A stretch of DNA of 64,000 nucleotides from the NCBI GenBank assembly GCA_951406725.2, contig OX597837.1, forward strand, positions 35,712,001 through 35,776,000, written 5' to 3'. Under the pieces are notes generated by a model. That model was not told where the DNA came from. It searched no databases and saw only the letters and a program-made list of their open reading frames with translations. The DNA comes from Octopus vulgaris. Lineage: Eukaryota. Made by a program: the position numbers and the translations under genes. Positions 49,661-63,063 of the stretch are shown piece by piece. Within the stretch, counting starts at the first letter, position 1, and the number at the start of each line of letters is the position of its first letter.

Positions 49661-50640
49661 TATCCCATTGGTAATAATGTAGTGGTGCCGGGGTGGGAGC
49701 GAGGAAGAGAGAGATAGTTGGGTGGTTTGGTATGGATTCCAGGTTGAGTGAGGGTAAGTGTTATATATAGTGGGGTTACATTGGTAATGGGGATTGGTGG
49801 GTGGGTGGGTGGGGCGAGAGACAGACAGCCGAGGGTTGGTTGAGTGTAAATTCCAGTTTAGAGTCTGTAATTTGGTATGAGTGGTGGTGGGTGGTGGTGG
49901 TGACAGAATAATAGGTTGGCACCCAGAGAAAAAGTAAGGGTAGATTCTAGATGGGGGTGAGTGGATGGGTGCAGGAGAGGTAGCCAGGGGGGGGGGTACT
50001 CAGAGAGAGAAAGAAGGGATTGACTGGTTGTAAGTAAGCTCCTGTTGGTGGTAGTTGTGGTATAGGTGGTAGTGGTGGTGGTGATGATGATGATGGGGGA
50101 GTACATTGGCACCCAGCAAGAGTTTTTGGGTATAGATTCAGAGAATCAGGGTGCACAGGCAGACTGGAGGTACGGTTAATGTGGTGGTGGTGGTGTTGCT
50201 GCTGCTGACAGTAGTGGCGGTGGTGGTGGTGATGAACTGGTGCTGAGAGTTGAAATGAGTGGGTGTAGATTCTTGTTTGGGGTTGATAGTCTGGGGTGGG
50301 ATGGAGGGGAATGCAGAGGTGGCTGGTTGTTGGTAGTGGTGGATTTGAAGATGGGGTGGGCGTGCCCCCCCCCCCCCCCCCCCGGTTACATTGGCAGAGA
50401 GACAAAGTTGAACTGGGTGGAAAAATTACAAGCTGTGGGTTCAACAAGTGAGACTTCCACCCCGGGGTACTTTGAAGAATTAGCTTGAATGACTGCCACT
50501 TATTACTGTATCTTGTTGTTGTTGTTGTTAAAGCTGAGTGGCAGAGTCGGTAGAACAGTGGCTGGAATGCCTCGCTATTGTTTAGCTTTATACCCTTTTT
50601 TTTATGTTCTGAGTTCAAATCCTGTTTGAGTCACCTTTAA

Positions 50641-50870
50641 CCCTTCAGCATTTAAACTGGCCATATCCAACCCAAATATTCTACCTGTTTTATTCATGTT
50701 CAAACTGGACAGATCCAGTCTCTCACACCTGCCCTGCAATGTCATTCTAAAAATAAACAACCACATCATAGAGATCTGAAAGCTATGAGATAATTCATGA
50801 CTAATACAAAACGATGGGGGGGAATAAACAAGCAGAACTTTTTCAACAGAGTGATCTGACTGCTAAAGGG
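50641..50870. mobile_element. piggyBac-type MITE (other copies near 2498-2709, 39037-39250 and fragmented 13663-15243, 46848-48750)
   Basis: TTAA-cccttcagca ... tgctaaaggg-TTGA termini. Confidence 0.8.
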
Positions 50871-50954
50871 TTGAAACTTTTGTCCTTCTTGAGGTTAGAT
50901 GTGTTGGAGCAAATAGAATAAATACCAACTGAATACTTGGGGTAAATCAGTCAG

Positions 50955-51024
<70 letters not shown>

Positions 51025-51047
51025 ATCTATATATATGTGTGTGTGTA

Positions 51048-51080
<33 letters not shown>

Positions 51081-51111
51081 ATATATATATGTGTGTGTGT
51101 GTATATATATA

Positions 51112-51161
<50 letters not shown>

Positions 51162-51301
51162 AATATGTATATTGTTTTTCTGTTTGGTTTGCAGGATTCT
51201 TTTTGTGAATTTGGGTGTTGAAGCATATTTTATTGTTTGGGGAGAGTCATTCTCTTTTAATGCCTTATTATTTAACACATTCACTGGTTTGATTTTCACT
51301 C

Positions 51302-51344
<43 letters not shown>

Positions 51345-51558
51345 CTGTGCCCCCCCACACACACACACACATTCGCTTAATAACTGATGTTGGTGTGTTT
51401 ACATCCCCATAACTTGACAGTTCAGCAAGAGAGACCGATAGAATAAGTACTAGGCTTACAATGAATAAGTCCTGGGGGTCGATCTGTTTGACTAAAGGTG
51501 GTGCTCCTGCATGGCCACAGTCAAATGACTGAAACAAATAAACGAATATAGATATATC

Positions 51559-51693
51559 TTAATATCTAGAAGAAGCGACAGAGTGACTCAAGGGCTGAGA
51601 GTTTTTTATGCTAGCACTTATCAAATTAGTCTAAGTGCTTAAGTATGGAGCGCTTGGCCCTTGACTCACTTTGTTGCTTCTTCTAAATATTAA
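51559..51693. repeat. Fold-back element (135 bp)
   Basis: ttaatatctagaagaagcgacagagtgactcaagggc / gcccttgactcactttgttgcttcttctaaatattaa; inner agcactta/taagtgct. Confidence 0.88.
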
Positions 51694-52064
51694 TAAAAAA
51701 AAACATATAACTTAAATGTCTATGGTTTTGCTAAATATTGAGCAAAAAAAAAATCTTTGAATTTTATCATATTGACTTACATTTATTCCTGGCTTCCATG
51801 CCGGTGGCATGTTAAAAGCTCCAACCGATGGTGGTCGATGCCGCACCCCCCTGACACCTGTGCAGGTGGCACGTAAAAAGCACCCACTACACTCGCGGAG
51901 TGGTTGGCGTTAGGAAGGGCATCCAGCTGTAGAAACTCTGCCAGATCAGACTGGAGCCTGGTGCAGCCCCTGGCTTCCCAGACCCCGGTCGAACCGTCCA
52001 ACCCGTGCTAGCGCGGAAAACGGACGTTAAACGATGATGATGATGATATAAATATATATATATA

Positions 52065-52229
52065 GGCGCTGGCATGGCTGTGTTGTAAGAAGCTTGCTTA
52101 CCAACCACATGGTTCCAGGTTCAGTCCCACTGTATGGCTCTTTGGGCGAGTGTCTTCTGCTATAGCTTTGGGCTGACCAAAGCCTTGTGAGTGTATTTGG
52201 TAGATGGGAACTGAGAGAAGCTTGTCATA

Positions 52230-52294
<65 letters not shown>

Positions 52295-52455
52295 CTTTGT
52301 GTCTGTGTTTGTCCCCCACCATCACTGGTTGACGACCAGTGATAGTGTCTTTATGTCCCCATAACTTAGCGGTTCAGCAAAATGGAATAGAATAAGTAAG
52401 TGGCTTAAAAAATAAGTTCTGGGGTCGATTTATTCGACTGAAAACCCTTCAAGGC
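52065..52455 (+). mobile_element. SINE family A (older variant)
   Basis: Head and body intact; 3' end cut by a LINE fragment. Confidence 0.85.
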
Positions 52456-52459
52456 AACA

Positions 52460-53235
52460 TATTTTCTGTAGACTTGAAGAAGATAGTAACTTTGACATGA
52501 AGCGAAGCCTCTCTTGGACTCGTGACCATCACATCACATCACACGTTGAAGGCTATGCATTTGCAATCCAAGAACAGAAGATTGCTATTAAAAACCTAAT
52601 CAACAAAAGAAACGGTGAAACCATTGGAGTTCCAAGAAGCAACTGTAGATGGAGCTTGTCATATTTCTGTGAAAAACATCACACCTGGGAGTAGCAGCTG
52701 CCCCAAAATGTCATCAGGATACTGCTTCCCTAAGCGACTAGATGTCGTGAAAACAATATACAATGGCAATATATTGTGCCATTCAGAATCAAGACTGTCC
52801 TGGAATGAATATAGAGAATGCCCCCCCCCCCTGTTATTGAATACATACACAAATATCAGTACAAGGAATACTGTTGGAACATTCTCATCGAAACATCCGT
52901 CAAGGTTAAGGATAACAGGCCGGACATTGTTGTTTGGGACGGACAAGAAAAAGTATGTGCCATCATGCTGATGTGAATATCTCTTTGAAAATCAAAAAGA
53001 AAGAAGATAATTATGGACAACTACTTCGGAGCCTCCAGTTTTTATATCCAAATTACTAATTTACATTTATATTCCAATAATAATTGGAGCTCTTGGTTTT
53101 GTAAGTGAAAACTTAACTGTCAGATAAGCTTGGATTTTCAGAAAAAGAAATTTACCAACTGATTCGCACATTACAAATATAATCTGTAAGCGGAACAGTA
53201 AAACTCTGCAAGACATTTCCCAGGTTTAAAAACGT
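52460..53235 (+). mobile_element. RLE-type (R4/Dong/NeSL-like) LINE ORF 3' fragment, pseudogenised
   Basis: SHVEGYAFAIQEQ, decayed CCHC region, DNRPDIVVWD, KEDNYGQL, FIPIIIGALGFV, SVSGTVKLCKTF across frameshifts. Confidence 0.8.
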
Positions 53236-53584
53236 GGCATTGTTTGCGTTATCTGCATTCCAAAGATGGGGCTCTGTATCTTTGTTTGAAACCAGCTCCT
53301 CCTTCAGAGGGAGAATTTAAACAATTAAAAACAAAAGATACACACACACACACATCTTTGCTATTATGCAAAAGTGTGGTAAGTCCAACATGTTTCTTTT
53401 TCAGAAAACAAAAGATTAGTTTCGTCATTCCATAGCAAAACCATTGTACTACACTTTGACAATTTTTGAGATCCTTGGCATCTGAGGCAGCTGGAGATAC
53501 GATAGTTTGACCAAAAGAACTGACCAAAATGCATTTGACCGAATTTTTGACATACACCAGTTTAACATAATAGCAATGATATGA

Positions 53585-53624
<40 letters not shown>

Positions 53625-53792
53625 AGACACATGTACATACATATGTAGACACACTCTTTGTCAAAGCTGTATAGCTTTGAGCCTGGAAATATCATTATTA
53701 GGTGTGGTGATGTTTGATTGTTAGTTGTGGTCACAAGTGTTATGATACTGGTGGTGGTGGTGGTGGTACTTAGGATATTGTAAGCACCACTT

Positions 53793-53823
<31 letters not shown>

Positions 53824-54034
53824 ACATGTGTATCTTGTGATTCACTGTTACGACTAAGTTTTCTCACATGATCTATTAAATACTTATGTACAGAGATATT
53901 GCGGATATTAAACTTATTATCAAAGATAGTTTAAGAATAAAATCAAAACATTTATGGACGGAGTGACTCAATATTGCGAGCAGATTGATCTTTTTTTGTG
54001 TTGACGAGTTCCAAAAAAAAAGACATTACTATAT

Positions 54035-54640
54035 CGGCAGGACAAGTGAGTCCACAACCCGTGGCCTTCTACATGGGATGGAGCCAGCCTACGTATGCAT
54101 ACCTTCCCTTCTTGGGACACAAAACTCTACTTGTGAAGACCTGTTGAGGCAAGTGAGAATCGAAATCGATCAGCATCAATGGAAATTGCGGATGTGCTAC
54201 CAGTGCCGGTGGCATGTCGAAACTCTGCTTGTGAAGACCCATTGAGGCAAGTGAGGATCAGAATCGAAATCGATCAATGGAAATTGCAGATGTGTTACCA
54301 GTGCCGGTGGCATGTAAGAGAACTTTCCGTTTCGCGACCGTTGCCAGCACCGCCCCGTTTCGTGTCCGTTGCCAGCCTCGCCTGGCCCTATGCCGGTGGC
54401 ACATAAAAAGCACCATCCGTTCGTGGCCGTTTGCCAGCTCTGTCTGGCACCTGTGCGGGTGGCACGTAAAAAGCACCCACTACACTCACGGAGTGGTTGG
54501 CGTTAGGAAGGGCATCCAGCCGTAGAAACACTGCCAGATTTGACTGGGCCTGATGAAGCCTTCTGGCTTCACAGACCCCAGTAGAACCGTCCAACCCATG
54601 CTAGCATGGAAAACGGACGCTAAATGATGATGATGATGAT
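54035..54640 (+). mobile_element. RTE LINE stop codon plus complete 3' UTR
   Basis: cggcaggacaagtga (RQDK*) followed by duplicated UTR modules, the shared terminal domain and (GAT)n. Confidence 0.75.
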
Positions 54641-54861
54641 ATATATGTAGTAATGTGCTGGCAGCACGTGTTTAAAACATTTGAGCAAGGTCATTGCCAG
54701 TGCTGCTGGACTGGCTCCTGTGCAGGTGGCATGTAAAAAGCACCATTTAGCGTGGCCTTTGCCAGTAGTGCCCAACCGGCCCTCGTGCCGGTGGCACGTA
54801 AAAGCACCCGCTACACTCTCGGAGTGGTTGGCATTAGGAAGGGCATATATGTATATTTCTT

Positions 54862-55279
54862 TCTTTTACTTGTTTCAGTCATTTGACTGCGGCCATGCTG
54901 GAGCACCGCCTTTAGTCGAGCAGATCGACCCCCGGGACTTATTTTTTGTAAGCCCAGTACTTATTCTATCGGTCTCTTTTTGCCGAACCGCTAAGTGATG
55001 GGGACATAAACACACCAGCATCGGTTGTCAAGCAATGCTAGGGGGACAAACACAGACACACAAACATATACACACACACACACACACATATATATACATA
55101 CATACATACATATATACGACAAGCTTCTTTCAGTTTCTGTCTACCAAATCCACTCACAAGGCTTTGGTCGGCCCGGGGCTATAGCAGAAGACACTTGCCC
55201 AAGATGCCATGCAGTGGGACTGAACCCGGAACCATGTGGTTGGTAAGCAAGCTACTTACCACACAGCCACTGCTGCACC
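54862..55279 (-). mobile_element. SINE family A
   Basis: Full-length reverse copy. Confidence 0.92.
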
Positions 55280-55308
55280 TATATATATATCTATATATAT
55301 ATATTATA

Positions 55309-55343
<35 letters not shown>

Positions 55344-55905
55344 GCATACATACAGGGAATGTGAGTAGGAAGTTAGTAATTGTTGAGAAAACCGTTTATA
55401 GAATCTGAGAGGAGTAAAGCAGTACAAACTGGAAGAATTAACCCAGAAATTAGCTGGAAATACCACTGCCCTCATCACTACACCCACCACAGTCATCACT
55501 GCCACCATGACCACCACTACCATTGACTTCTGTGTGGTCTTGAAATCTGCTGGAAATAGCAGCCAAATCTTCCTTTTGTCTTTAAGATCATTGAAGAACA
55601 CATTGGGTAATTATAGCTGACCAATACTGCTGAAATCACCACCACCACTAGCTGTAACACACTCCACTACCTTCAGCAGTGACATAAACTAATGCCACCA
55701 CCACCGCCATGAGTCACACAAACATACACGTACATATACACACAAACATATACATATATACGACGGGCTTCTTTAAGTTTCCGCCTACCAAATCCATTCA
55801 CAAGGCTATAGTAGAAGACCCTTGCCTAAGGTGCCACTCTGTGGAGCTGAACCCATATATTTTTCTTTATTATTTTTATAATTTGTATATATTTATTTTA
55901 TTATA

Positions 55906-56308
55906 GGCGCAGGTTGCTGTGTGGTAAGTAGCTTGCTTACCAACCACATGGTTCCGGGTTCAGTCCCACTGCGTGGCATCTTGGGCAAGTGTCTTCTGCT
56001 ATAGCCCCGGGCCGACCAATGCCTTGTGAGTGGATTTGGTAGACGGAAACTGAAAGAAGCCCGTCGAATATATTTATATATATATATGTGTATGTGTGTT
56101 TGTTTGTGTGTCTGTGTTTGTCCCCCTAGCATTGCTTGACAACCGATGCTGGTGTGTTTATGTCCCCGTTGCTTAGCGGTTTGGCAAAAGATCCCCGATA
56201 GAATAAGTACTGGGCTTACAAAAAGAATAAGTCCCGGGGGTCGAGTTGCTCGATTAAAGGCGGTGCTCCAGCACGGCCGCAGTCAAATGACTGAAACAAG
56301 TAAATGAG
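55906..56308 (+). mobile_element. SINE family A
   Basis: Full-length copy. Confidence 0.92.
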
Positions 56309-56639
56309 TATAAATGCAAAACAACACCATGGAGGAATCGACGTAAACTTAAAGAATAAACCACAATATGGCGGGATTACTGAAGGTAGATGAATTGTAG
56401 ACCAATTTGTTGGATACGCATCTATAACTACCTCCATCAGCATTAAACACTACCATCTCAACCATCAACCACCACCACCATTTATAACTACCAGCATCAC
56501 TACCTCCATCATCTCATCGTTTATACCTGCTTCCACCATGACTACCACCACTGCTATCTTCTGTAAACATCCATCAAAAGATCCTTGCCATCCATCAGCT
56601 GCAACTTTAACCATTACTCCAGTGTTACACAATCAGCAT

Positions 56640-57030
56640 AGCCACCACCACCATCACCGCTGCCATCATCGTCATCGCTACCACCACCACCGCTGCCATC
56701 ATTGTCATCACCACCACCGCTGTCATCACTACCACCACCACCACCACCGCTGCTATCATTGTCATCACCACCACCACCACCGCTGCCATCATCATCATCA
56801 TCACCACCACCACCACCACTGCCATCATCGTCATCACTACCACCACCACCACCACCGCTGCCATCATCTTCATCACTACCACCACCACCACCACCGCTGC
56901 CATCATCGTCATCACTACCACCACCACCGCTGCCATCATCGTCATCACTACCACCACCACCGCTGCCATCATCGTCATCACTACCACCATCACCACCGCT
57001 GCCATCATCATCATCACCACCACCACTACA
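56640..57030. repeat. (CAC)n-cgctgc-(CAT)n compound trinucleotide minisatellite
   Basis: About 11 units of 27-42 bp, changing in steps of 3. Confidence 0.92.
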
Positions 57031-57731
57031 CTGGTCCACATCCCCGCCTTTCTACCCACCACCACCAATCCCTGCTTTGCAAGGATTAGTAAACATGAAA
57101 TAAATATAAACTTTCTATATACCATCTCCTCACACCCTATATACACGTGCATATATATATATATATACACACACACACACGTACACACACACTGAGTGTA
57201 TACATAGACACACACGGGAGCTGACAAGTTTATCTTGTTCAAAGACTTCTAAAATAAGATGGTGATTCATATTGCCTATTCTATAGTGGTGGTGGTGGTG
57301 GTACTTGTTTAGTGGTATAGCACTTGTAGTAGTATAGTGATATGATAGTGGTGGGTGGTATGGGTGGTAGCATAATGGTCATGTTGTGTCAGTGCCATGG
57401 TGATGGTGTTGAGGTTAAGTATCATTAGCAGTAGATCTTTTTTAATTATTTTTTTTGTTTAGCCCTAGGCCTGCTCTGCTTAAGTAGGCCACATCATCAT
57501 AATCATTTTGATATTTACATCTCCATGCTTGCTTGGTTTTGTGGGAATTTGTTAAGATAGGTTTTCTGCAGTCTGCAGATGGATGCCTTCCCTGTCACCA
57601 ATCCTGGCCCGCTTCCATGCTAGCTAATATTTCCCCTATAGCGTGACACCTTCCAGTAGAATACCGGAAATGAACAACACTGCTTGTATGACGGTGACAC
57701 TCGTTTACAACTATCAATACAATATGAAGAA

Positions 57732-58135
57732 CGCCGCCTTGACTGGCTTCTGTGCCGGTGGCACGTAGAAAGCACCATCCGAATGTGGCCGATGCCAGCG
57801 CCGCCTTGACTGGCTTCCGTGCCGGTGGCACGTAAAAAGCACCATCCGAATGTGGCCGATGCCAGCGCCACCTTGACTGGCTTCTGTGCCGGTGGCACGT
57901 AAAAAGCACCAACCGATTGTGGCCGCTGCCAGACTCCCCTGGCACTTGTGCCGGTGGCACATAAAAAGCACCCACTACACTCACGGAGTGGTTGGCGTTA
58001 GGAAGGGCATCCAGCTGTAGAAATACTGCCAGATCAGACTGGAGCCTGGTGCAGCCTCCTGGCTTCCCAGACCCTGGTCGAACCGTCCAACCCGTGCCAG
58101 CACGGAAAACGGACGCTAAACGATGATGATGATGA
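57732..58135 (+). mobile_element. RTE-type 3' UTR with 67-bp tandem units
   Basis: Units start at 57732, 57799 and 57866; terminal domain and (GAT)n tail. Shorter copies at 51787-52046 and 61690-61968; reverse copies at 22942-23260, 1575-1935 and 63640-63930. Confidence 0.85.
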
Positions 58136-58273
58136 CTCTCATCATCATCATCGTCATGGTTCTAGAGTCCCCTTGTCCACACTTGCATGGGTTGGACAGA
58201 ATTTGTGGAAACAGATTTTCTACAGCTGGAAGCCCTTCCTGTCTCCAACCCTCACCTGTTTCCAAGCAGGGTA

Positions 58274-58312
<39 letters not shown>

Positions 58313-58394
58313 AAAGCACCCCTTACCCTCTGAAGCAGTTGTTGTTTGGGAAGGTATTCAACCGTGGAATCCATATGAAATCTATTCACAAATA

Positions 58395-58559
58395 GGCGCA
58401 GGAGTGGCTGTGTGGTAAGTAGCTTGCTAACCAACCACATGGTTCCGGGTTCAGTCCCACTGCGTGGCACCTTGGGAAAGTGTCTTCTACTGTAGCCTCA
58501 GGCTGACCAATGCCTTGTGAGTGGATTTGGTAGACGGAAACTGAAAGAAGCCCATCATA

Positions 58560-58625
<66 letters not shown>

Positions 58626-58851
58626 TGTGTGTGTTTGTGTGTCTGTGTTTGTCCCCCAAGCATTGCTTGACAACCGATGCTGGTGTGTTTATGTCCCCGT
58701 AACATAGCGGTTCGGCAAAAGAGACCGATAGAATAAGTACTGGGCTTACAAAAGAATAAGTCCCAGGGTCGAATTGCTCGATCAAAGGCGGTGCTCCAGC
58801 ATGGCTGCAGTCAAATGACCGAAACAAGTAAAAGAGTAAAGAGTAAGAGTA
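58395..58851 (+). mobile_element. SINE family A
   Basis: Full-length copy with (aaagagt)n tail. Confidence 0.92.
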
Positions 58852-59254
58852 AAGCTTTAGTCATCACAGGGCTAATCTAAGAACCCACTCGCTCAAAGTG
58901 CTGTGCAATAGGACTGAACCTGAGACCACATGGTTAGGAAGCAAGCAAGCCTCTGAACCACACAGCCATGGAATGAAATGAAATATCCTCTACACCAAAC
59001 TTACCCTTTATTTTTCAATGAACCACAAAAGACCAAACGATAATTGATAATTAATGTTCTTGCGTGTGTGTTGATGATTTAGAGATTATATCGTTAGATA
59101 AAACAGTTAATTAATAATATTGTTTCTGTAGAATTTTCTGGTATTTTCCTCCACCAAAATGTCTTTTATTTATGCCAGGATTTGACCTGAAGACTCGTCT
59201 TCATTCTGAAGTTGTTCTTTCCGAATATCTTTGATGTTGATATCTACAAGGTAT

Positions 59255-59297
59255 GAAATATATATGGGTGTGTGTATGGGTATGTATGTGTATGGGT

Positions 59298-59347
<50 letters not shown>

Positions 59348-59407
59348 TTTGCATGTATCTATGTGTGTGTATGTATATATATATATATGTATATATATAT
59401 ATGTGTG

Positions 59408-59446
<39 letters not shown>

Positions 59447-59463
59447 GAGTTTGCATGTATCTA

Positions 59464-59509
<46 letters not shown>

Positions 59510-59676
59510 CATATACATGCATGTGTGTACGTGTGTTTGTGTGCATGTGTATATGTGTGTATATTGTATACGTGTGTATGTATATATATATATATATATA
59601 TATATACATGCATGTGTGTACGTACATGTTTGTGTATATGTGTGTATAAATGTTTATGTACATGTATATTGTATAC

Positions 59677-59709
<33 letters not shown>

Positions 59710-60079
59710 CATACTTACACACACACACATATATATCTACTACCATAATTCTTAAATTCTCTTGACAATTTGGTGCCAGCGTGGTTTTGTCTGTCTGTGC
59801 GTCTGTATGTGTATGCCAGTGTCTTTGTATCTGTGTGTGTGTGTGTGTTTGTGTGTCTTTGAATGGCAAGAGGCAAGCATTATAATAAAGATAAGCTACT
59901 TAAATCTGCTAACACGGTTCCTATATTAAGGAAAAAAAAGAAAAGCACGGTGTTGGTGAGTGGGAGGCAAGGATGGAAGGCTGATGGGGGTTGGGCGTAT
60001 TTATTTTGGAATACAGCTATATTGTCTTTGTAACACTTGACGAGAAATTTGTTGGATGAGGCCACACACAGCCATCTAC

Positions 60080-60122
<43 letters not shown>

Positions 60123-60143
60123 CATACATATGTAGATACATAC

Positions 60144-60174
<31 letters not shown>

Positions 60175-60920
60175 CACACACACACATAAACATCCAAACA
60201 CAGACACACACATATATTATAAATAAATATATATATATATACACATACACACACACATCACTCACGGATTAGGAAGGATCCAATAGAAATATGAGATTTG
60301 ACTATGATGAAGCCTTCTATCACAGACACAGCATGTCAACCCATGCTAGCATAAACGGACGCAAATGATGATGATGATGATGATGATGATACACACGCAC
60401 ATATATATTATAAATAAATATATATATATATATATATATACACACGCATGCACACACACACACATAAACATCCAAACACACACGCACATATATATTATAA
60501 ATATATATATTTATATATATATACACATACACACACACATAAACATCCAAACACACACACACACACACACATATATTATAAATAAATACATATATATATA
60601 TATATATATATACCTACACAAACACCTATGTATCCAAACATTCAGAGACACATAATCGTATATATTTACAAACATACATATGCACACACACATGTACACA
60701 CACACATTCATGCGGACACAGGCATACACATACCGTCAATTAATGCACACACACACACACACACACACCTTTACAAACACTAATGAATATATACATACAT
60801 ATCCAGACACACATACCTTTCCAAACATTTGCATACAAATACACACACACACACACATCTAGACACATACACATACATTCACAAACACACACACACACAC
60901 ACACACATACATACATACAC

Positions 60921-60955
<35 letters not shown>

Positions 60956-60972
60956 CATACATATACATACAC

Positions 60973-61063
<91 letters not shown>

Positions 61064-61118
61064 TACATATACATACATACATACATACACAAACACACAC
61101 ACACACACACACACACAT

Positions 61119-61165
<47 letters not shown>

Positions 61166-61180
61166 TACATATACATACAC
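59255..61180. repeat. Large TA/CA microsatellite field
   Basis: Directly visible; includes local duplications such as cataaacatccaaacac (x3). Confidence 0.9.
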
Positions 61181-61589
61181 GCCGTGTGGTTGAAGCATCC
61201 GAGTTCTGCTTCGTCTCTGTTCTGTTAAAATGTGACCTGGTTTTTGTGTTGTCTTTAATGACATTTAACTTCCTTGTAATTCTTCACAGATGCTTCTAAT
61301 TATTCTGTAATGTCTTTGAGAAAGGTATGAAGGTCACATACTCTCGTTTCTACCTCCTCTTTCGATCTGGGACTTGGCTCCATTCAATTAGCGATAAAAA
61401 ACCTTCACAGTTTTATTTGCTTATTTATGCACTGGCATGGCTGTGTGGATAGAAGCTTCCTTCCCAAACGCATGGTTCCGGGTTCAGTCCCACTGCGTGG
61501 AACCTTGGGCAAGTGTCTTCCACTATATCCTCAGGCCAACCAAAGCCTTGTGAGTGGATTTGGTAGGTAGAAACTGAAAGAAACCCATC

Positions 61590-61637
<48 letters not shown>

Positions 61638-62494
61638 TATCTCTCCCTCTCTTTCACTGGTGAAATTCTCAGCTGGACCCCCAACTCAACTCTACCCGCA
61701 TCCCGTTGCCCCCGTGTCCCTGGCACGTTAAAAGCTCGAACCGATCGTGACCGATGCCGGACCCCCGGCCCTGTGCAGGTGGCACGTAAAAGCACCCAAT
61801 CCACTCACGGAGTGGTTGGCGTTAGGAAGGGCATCCAGCCGTAGAAACTCTGCCAGAATCAGACTGGAGCCTGGAGCGGCCCCTGGCTTCCCAGACCCCG
61901 GTCGAACCGTCCAACCCGTGCTAGCGCGGAAAACGGACGTTAAACGATGATGATGATGATGATGATGATATACACACACACACACATAGGCACAGGTGTG
62001 GCTGTGTTGTATGTAGCTTGCTTACCAACCACATAGTCCTGGGTTCAGTCCCACTGTGTGGCATCTTGGCCAAGTGTCTTCCACTATATCCTGAAGCCAA
62101 CCAAAGCCTTGTGAGTGGATTTGGTTGACAGAAACTGAAAGAAACCCATCATATTCTTTTTTTTTTTTATATTCTTTTAATTTGACTGTGGCCATGCTGG
62201 AATATCGCCTTTTAGTCGAACAAATTACACCCCCAAATATTGCAGAACGGTTGATATTGTCAACGACTGAGAAACAGTGGCAGTAATAATCAGGTAACAA
62301 ACCAACAATCCATATTTCCGAGAAACTGTAAACTGTACCTGGAACTACGAAGACCAAACTACGAACTGCCAACTACATCAGACCGCAACTATTTATATGT
62401 AGGGGTTCCGTCTATTCTCTTCTGTGGGTGTTGTACTCTTGCCACTACAATATTACAATTTGGTTAACTTTTTTCTGGTCATTACAAGAATATC

Positions 62495-63063
62495 TGCTCA
62501 CAGCAGCCATATTCCTACCGCTCTATGTCACGCTGGTGAGACCCATATTGGAGTACGGGATTCAAGCCTCTTCTCCTTATCTCCTCAAAGACATACATCA
62601 TCTCGAAAGAGTCCAGAAGCTGGCTCCCCACATGGTTCTTGGTCTCAAGCATTTGTCTTATGAAGAAAGGCTGAAGACGCTCGACTTTTATTCTCTAGAA
62701 AAACGACGACACCGTGCTGATCTCATTCTTGCTCACAACATCATAAGCAGAAAGTGTAACCTCTCGAAAGAGCTGTTCTTCACTCCTGCTCCAGAGTGTC
62801 GGCTGCGGGGTCATTCCAAGAAGCTCTATCTGCGACGATTTCATCTCAGTCGAATGAGAGGGGCTTTCTCCGTCCGGGTTGCGGATCCATGGAATAAGCT
62901 GCCGGACGAGATAGTGAAGATGCCGATGACCACTCGGTTCAAAGTCTCTCTTGACCAGAAATGGCCTGAACTCTTTGCATGAACACCCCTGTACATAACT
63001 CCATGTCCCCCTACATGGCCTTGCTTTTTGCTTTTTGAGCCAAAAAATTAACTTAACTTAACT
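62495..63063 (+). mobile_element. CR1-clade LINE 3' end (ORF2 C-terminus, 3' UTR, (TTAAC)n tail)
   Basis: LYVTLVRPILEYG...LERVQK...LSYEERLKTL..SLEKRR..DLI...RGHSKKL...FSVRVADPWNKLP; stop at 62982; tail ttaacttaacttaact. Confidence 0.92.

Noticed and set aside
56538-57242. His/Cys-rich, Pro-rich or Gly/Asp-rich ORFs
   Set aside because: Trinucleotide-based minisatellite open in several frames; no exon boundaries.
62428-62982. 184-aa ORF as a host gene
   Set aside because: C-terminus of a 5'-truncated CR1 LINE ORF2.
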